From Candidatus Sericytochromatia bacterium (GTDB taxonomy: Bacteria; Cyanobacteriota; Sericytochromatia; S15B-MN24; VGJW01): a DNA stretch of 52,144 nt. Of the stretch, positions 47,800 to 52,144 are shown piece by piece (within the stretch, counting starts at the first letter, position 1; every line of letters starts with the position of its first letter). The translations under genes and the position numbers were made by a program. The stretch covers positions 1 through 52,144 of the forward strand of contig JAYKHS010000019.1 of the NCBI GenBank assembly GCA_035285865.1, given 5' to 3'. The notes beneath the pieces were generated by a model. It was not told the origin of the DNA. It did not search any database and saw only the letters and a list, made by a program, of their open reading frames with translations.

Positions 47800-48619
47800 G
47801 GCCCCACCATCCCGAGGGCCCGTCCCACCAGAGCGTGCGTCCCGACAGGAAGCCGGTGCCGAGGACGCCATCCACCCAGTCCATCGGGGCTCGGGCCGCG
47901 ACCAGAATGGTCTGGAGAGCGGATAAGGGGCCCCGACTGTCGAGGCGTGTCTTCCAGCTCCACGACGGCTGGGCCGAGGCCAGTCCTTGAAGTCGCGCGC
48001 CCGCCTGCGCCTGTTCTGCTCCCTGCCAGCCGGCAAGTCGCGCTTCCGAGGCCCGCAACAGGAGTGCGTCGGTGCCGGTGTCGAGCAGCATGGCCCATTG
48101 CCTGCCCGAGGCGTGCCTGAGGCGCAGGACCGGACTGCCGTGCCGTGCCTCGAGGGGCCAGTGATGCTTGACTTCAGCGGGCCTGCGTGACGCCGAGGCC
48201 ATCACGTGCACGGTGTTCCGGGCCGGATCGAGGCGCCAGCGCCCTTGGCCCAGAGCATCCCAGCCGAGGATGCCAGAGATGAAGACCTCGTCCTCGGCGA
48301 GGAACCGCTCGGACAGACGTGGCAGGATGGCAGCCCGCCCGAGTCGGAGGGCTTGTCCTCCCAGCCGGATCAGTGGAGGCACTGCCCATCCCGAGAGGCC
48401 ATAGGCGTCGGCTTCGCGGGGGACCCCGACGGCACGCGGCCACCCGTGCGCCGTCCGCGGACTGACAACCGTGTGGGTCGCTCCCGTATCCACCAACCAC
48501 CAGCCGAGTGCTTCTCCGGCTCGGGCCCGCACGTAGACGCGGCCGTTGGCCGTGCGGCAGGGCAGCCCCTCCGGCAGGACAGCAGGGGCAAGGATAGGTA
48601 GCAGGGCGGCAAGGGCCAT
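47753..48619 (-). CDS. Retropepsin-like aspartyl protease with two domains
   Basis: LVDTGA...GILG and LLDTGT...DGVLG. Confidence 0.85.
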   Translation of the reverse strand: MALAALLPILAPAVLPEGLPCRTANGRVYVRARAGEALGWWLVDTGATHTVVSPRTAHGWPRAVGVPREADAYGLSGWAVPPLIRLGGQALRLGRAAILPRLSERFLAEDEVFISGILGWDALGQGRWRLDPARNTVHVMASASRRPAEVKHHWPLEARHGSPVLRLRHASGRQWAMLLDTGTDALLLRASEARLAGWQGAEQAQAGARLQGLASAQPSWSWKTRLDSRGPLSALQTILVAARAPMDWVDGVLGTGFLSGRTLWWDGPSGWWGLSGTGPHRPPGRDPA

Positions 48620-48640
48620 GGTGCTTTAGACTCTTACCCC

Positions 48641-48958
48641 ATGAAGATTGTCCTGTTCACCCATCCCGAAGCGGGCGCCTCCGACATGGCTCGCACGCTG
48701 GTGTCGGAGCGCCTCGCAGCCTGTGTGCAGTTGTCGGCTCCCGTCACCAGCGTCTACCGGTGGGAAGGGCGCATCGTGGCGGAGCCTGAAGTCCAGATTT
48801 GGTGCAAGACCACGGACATCGGGGCCGAGGCACTCATGGCACGCATCCTGGCCTTGCATCCGTATCAGGTGCCGCAAATACTCCTGCTGCCGGTCGAGGG
48901 CGGATTGGAGGCCTACCACGGATGGGTGCAGGAAGAGGTCGGTCCTTCGCACGCTTGA
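48641..48958 (+). CDS. cutA: Divalent-cation tolerance protein CutA
   Basis: LAACVQ, SVYRWEG, HPYQVPQI. Confidence 0.93.
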   Translation: MKIVLFTHPEAGASDMARTLVSERLAACVQLSAPVTSVYRWEGRIVAEPEVQIWCKTTDIGAEALMARILALHPYQVPQILLLPVEGGLEAYHGWVQEEVGPSHA

Positions 48959-50337
48959 CGCTGCGGCCTGGCGCGGCGCGACTGACTGGTCTGGTGCTGG
49001 TCGTGCTGATCGCGCTGGTCCTGTCGGGGCTCGCCTCGCCTTTGACGGCGGGGCCGGCACGCGGCGCCAAGAATGGGGTGGGGCCTCGGCCGGCAGTCAC
49101 ATGGCTTTCCTGGGACGGGCCCATCGGCCCCGTGACAGCAAGCTATGTCGCGCGCGGCATCCGGGAGGCCGTTCGGGATGGCGATGCGCTAGTCGTCATC
49201 AGGCTCGATACACCGGGCGGCCTGGATACCTCGATGCGCCTCATCGTTCAGGATATCCTCGGCGCGGCCGTGCCCGTCGTGGTCTGGGTGACGCCACGGG
49301 GAGCGAGGGCTGCTTCGGCAGGCATGTTCCTCGTGCTGGCTGCTCACAGGGCCTACATGGCTCCGCAGACGGCGATGGGGGCGGCTCATCCGGTGGGCCC
49401 GACGGGCGAGGCCCTGCCCGGCGCGCTGGACGCGAAGGCCGTGCAGGATGCCGCCGCCCTCGCCCGCAGCCTGGCCCGTCAGCACGGCCGTGATGCTCGA
49501 TGGGCAGAGCTTGCCGTTCGGGAAAGCCTGAGCCTGTCGGCAGAAGAGGCCGTCCGCCGCGGATTGGTCGATGGACTCGCGGCGTCCGAGAGCGAGTTGC
49601 TCGAGCGGCTCGAGGGCGTGGTGTTGACGGTCAGGGGACGACATCGGGTGCTCCGGCTGGCATCCGGACCGGGTCATCTCCGACCGATCACGCCCGGGGA
49701 GCGCCTGCTTGCCGTGCTGTCGGAGCCTACGACGGCGATGCTGCTGGTACAGATCGGCATGCTTGGCCTGTTCCTGGCCTTGTCGCATCCGGGCAGCATC
49801 CTTCCGGGTTTGGCGGGCGTGCTCGGCTTGCTGCTTGGCTTTTATGGCCTCGGGGCCTTGCCGACGGCTTGGGCGGGTCTTGCCTTGCTGTTGCTGGGGC
49901 TGGGCTTGTTCGTTGCCGAGGCCATGACCCCGGGGCACGGTCTGCTCGGCATCGGGGCCGGATTGGCGCTTGCCGCAGGATGGCTGGTGCTGGCGGTCGG
50001 TGCGAGGGCAGCTGGCTGGCAGCCCGATGCGTGGCTCTGGAGTGGAGCGGTCGCCGGGGCCCTGCTGCTCGGCGGTGTTTCGCTGGTGGCCGCACGATCC
50101 GCTTGGGCGACGATGCGGGCACTGCCGGTCCATGAGCAGGTCGGCCGCGTCGCCATGGTTCTCGAGGCCTCGACGGCGGACGAGGGCACCGTGCTGCTCG
50201 AGGGTGAACGGTGGCGGGCGAGGTGGGGCGCCGGGAAGCCTGGTGTCGGCGAGCCGGTGGTGGTCACGGGGCGCAGCGGCCTCGTGCTGGAGGTCCGAGG
50301 GACCCGGCAGGAGCCCGAAGGGGGGCAGTGCGCATGA
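48955..50337 (+). CDS. nfeD: NfeD family membrane-bound serine protease (long form)
   Basis: LDTPGG, RAASAG, GAAHPV, TM domain, C-terminal GERWRA OB fold; TTGA overlap with cutA. Confidence 0.9.
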   Translation: MTLRPGAARLTGLVLVVLIALVLSGLASPLTAGPARGAKNGVGPRPAVTWLSWDGPIGPVTASYVARGIREAVRDGDALVVIRLDTPGGLDTSMRLIVQDILGAAVPVVVWVTPRGARAASAGMFLVLAAHRAYMAPQTAMGAAHPVGPTGEALPGALDAKAVQDAAALARSLARQHGRDARWAELAVRESLSLSAEEAVRRGLVDGLAASESELLERLEGVVLTVRGRHRVLRLASGPGHLRPITPGERLLAVLSEPTTAMLLVQIGMLGLFLALSHPGSILPGLAGVLGLLLGFYGLGALPTAWAGLALLLLGLGLFVAEAMTPGHGLLGIGAGLALAAGWLVLAVGARAAGWQPDAWLWSGAVAGALLLGGVSLVAARSAWATMRALPVHEQVGRVAMVLEASTADEGTVLLEGERWRARWGAGKPGVGEPVVVTGRSGLVLEVRGTRQEPEGGQCA

Positions 50338-51086
50338 ATCTCGTCATTGGTCTGGCGCTGGTGGCCGGCATGGTTCTTGCCGGCTTCCGGGTCGTCCAGG
50401 AGTACGAACGCCTCGTGGTTTTCCGGCTGGGGCGACTGTTGGGTGTCCAGGGACCGGGCATCTGCTTCCTGATGCCCTTCATCGACCGGGCCGTAAGGGT
50501 GGACTTGCGGACCCTCAACTTCGAATTGCCGGTCCAGGAGGTCGTGACCCGGGACAACGTGACCATCAAGGTCACGGCCGTGGTCTATTACCGCTTCGTG
50601 GCCCCGGAGCTGGCCGTCACGCGCGTCGCGGACGGGCATCTCGCGACGGTCCAGTTGGCGCAGACGACGCTGCGCAACGTGCTCGGCCAGTCGGCGCTGG
50701 ACGAGATTCTGGCCAGCCGTGATGCCCTGAACGACCGCCTGCAGCGCATCCTGGACGAGTTGACCGAACCGTGGGGCATCAAGGTGACGGTGGTTGCGCT
50801 CAAGGATCTCGAGCTGCCTGTGGCAATGCAGCGGGCCATGGCACGACAGGCCGAGGCCGAGCGGGAGAAGCGAGCCAAGGTCCTGCACGCGGAAGGCGAG
50901 CAGCTCGCTGCCGAGACGCTTGCCGGAGCCGCCAGCGTGCTGGCCCGTGAGCCGGTGGCCATCCAGTTGCGGTATCTTCAGACGCTGGCGGACGTGGCAA
51001 CGGAGAAGAACAGCACGATTCTCTTCCCTGTGCCGATCGCCCTCTTCGAGGGTTTGCTCCGCCGTGATGGAGAGGCTGGGCGATGA
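50334..51086 (+). CDS. SPFH/stomatin (slipin) family protein
   Basis: EYER.VVFRLG, TRDNV, AQTTLR, AMARQAEAERE, LRYLQTL. Confidence 0.93.
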   Translation: MNLVIGLALVAGMVLAGFRVVQEYERLVVFRLGRLLGVQGPGICFLMPFIDRAVRVDLRTLNFELPVQEVVTRDNVTIKVTAVVYYRFVAPELAVTRVADGHLATVQLAQTTLRNVLGQSALDEILASRDALNDRLQRILDELTEPWGIKVTVVALKDLELPVAMQRAMARQAEAEREKRAKVLHAEGEQLAAETLAGAASVLAREPVAIQLRYLQTLADVATEKNSTILFPVPIALFEGLLRRDGEAGR

Positions 51087-51190
51087 GCGACACATGGGTG
51101 CCCTGGGTGGGATTGGGCGAAGCCCTGTTCATCGTGGGGATGCTGGTGGCCGTAAGGCTCTGGGCCATGCGCCATCCACCGTCGGCGTAG
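51083..51190 (+). CDS. 35-aa single-TM small protein
   Basis: ATGA overlap with stomatin stop; GGAGAGG SD; MSDTWVPWVGLGEALFIVGMLVAVRLWAMRHPPSA. Confidence 0.6.
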   Translation: MSDTWVPWVGLGEALFIVGMLVAVRLWAMRHPPSA

Positions 51191-51283
51191 CGCTGTCACA
51201 TTCTTGTCGAACCCTCGCCTGCGTCGTACCCTTGGGGGGTGCCTTACGGTCCCGGCAGGCACGATATGAGGAGGTTCCCCGCA

Positions 51284-51883
51284 ATGGCGGTTTTCGTGAC
51301 CAAGCAGGCTCCCGACTTCACGGCCGATGCCTATGTCGACGGTGGCTTCAAGTCCCTGTCCCTGTCGGACTATCGCGGCAAGACCGTGGTGCTGTTCTTC
51401 TATCCGCTCGACTTCACCTTCGTCTGCCCGACCGAGATCATGGCCTTCTCGGATCGCATCGATGAGTTCAAGGCCCGCAACACCGAGGTCATCGGCGTGT
51501 CGGTCGACAGCAAGTTCTCGCATCACGCCTGGGCGCAGGTCGACCGCAAGGACGGCGGCATCAAGGGCATTGCGTATCCCCTCATGGCCGACCTGAAGAA
51601 GGACATCAGCCGTGAGTACGGCGTCCTCATCGAGGAGGCCGGTCTCGCGCTGCGCGGTCTCTTCATCATCAACAAGGACGGCGAACTCAAGCACGTCACC
51701 ATCAATCACAATGACCTCGGCCGCAACGTGGACGAGGTCCTGCGCCTGGTCGACGCCGTCGACTTCAGCGAGAAGCATGGCGAAGTCTGTCCGGCCAACT
51801 GGCAGAAGGGCCAGGCGGCCATGAAGCCGAACGCCGAATCGCTCAAGAAGTATCTCGGTGGAGCCGAACTCGTCACCAAGTGA
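51284..51883 (+). CDS. ahpC: 2-Cys peroxiredoxin (AhpC/TSA)
   Basis: FYPLDFTFVCPTE and EVCPANW; AGGAGG SD. Confidence 0.93.
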   Translation: MAVFVTKQAPDFTADAYVDGGFKSLSLSDYRGKTVVLFFYPLDFTFVCPTEIMAFSDRIDEFKARNTEVIGVSVDSKFSHHAWAQVDRKDGGIKGIAYPLMADLKKDISREYGVLIEEAGLALRGLFIINKDGELKHVTINHNDLGRNVDEVLRLVDAVDFSEKHGEVCPANWQKGQAAMKPNAESLKKYLGGAELVTK

Positions 51884-51895
51884 CGCAGGTTGCGG

Positions 51896-51931
51896 AGCCG
51901 GCCCTCGGACTTTGTCCGGGGGCCGGCTTTT
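51896..51931 (+). terminator. Intrinsic terminator after peroxiredoxin
   Basis: AGCCGGCCCTCGGAC-ttt-GTCCGGGGGCCGGCT followed by T run. Confidence 0.8.
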
Positions 51932-52001
51932 CGTTGAGCGGAAAAGTTGCAGGCAGTCAGGGGCATTGCGCCGTTTCAGCCGAAAATCTTCGGACATCGT
52001 G

Positions 52002-52030
52002 TTGACACGCTCAGGCCCCGGAGTTACTTT
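52002..52030 (+). promoter_or_regulatory. Strong sigma70 promoter pointing out of the window
   Basis: TTGACA, 17 nt, TACTTT. Confidence 0.75.
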
Positions 52031-52144
52031 GACAGAGCGGTCGGCGTTGTACGCCTTCTGCCGGGGACTGGTTCCCTTGAGTTGGCGATTCTGATTTGAT
52101 GTTTCTGTCGGCGTGCTTCTTTTGAAGCTTGTTCTGATGGTTGT

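Overview
52 kb of high-GC bacterial chromosome, mostly core genome. By inference the organism is a non-photosynthetic relative of Cyanobacteria such as Ca. Sericytochromatia, based on a cyanobacterial-type SigA N-terminus, a cyanobacterial-type TPR protein and Lgt, and no photosynthesis genes in the window. The centre is a long minus-strand super-operon: rnpB, rsmH, ftsL-like, ftsI, murE, murF, mraY, murD, ftsW, murG, a ~230-nt gap, murC, murB, ftsQ-like, DUF881, sbp, ftsZ, ileS, pgeF, aldo-keto reductase, GDPD, a 52-aa small ORF, sensor kinase and response regulator. It lacks mraZ, ddl, ftsA and sepF. The left flank holds sigA, nadE, trxB, an S8 protease, pepA, an HD-GYP protein, an ATP-grasp-like ligase, lgt, patatin, transaldolase and an M23/LysM peptidase. 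The right flank holds an amidase, EF-hand lipoprotein, HD protein, TauE, cNMP protein, metalloprotease, aspartyl protease, cutA-nfeD-stomatin, peroxiredoxin and a strong promoter at the edge (possibly rRNA). I saw no CRISPR array, IS element, prophage or tRNA. Most interesting observations: (1) a 67-aa membrane protein behind two LexA-like boxes, divergent from the division cluster, a candidate SOS division inhibitor; (2) ileS apparently starting at CTG; (3) two small coupled ORFs not shown as such in the ORF track; (4) sigma28-like promoters on non-flagellar genes; (5) frequent leaderless promoter architecture. All calls come from reading the sequence; no database searches were run.
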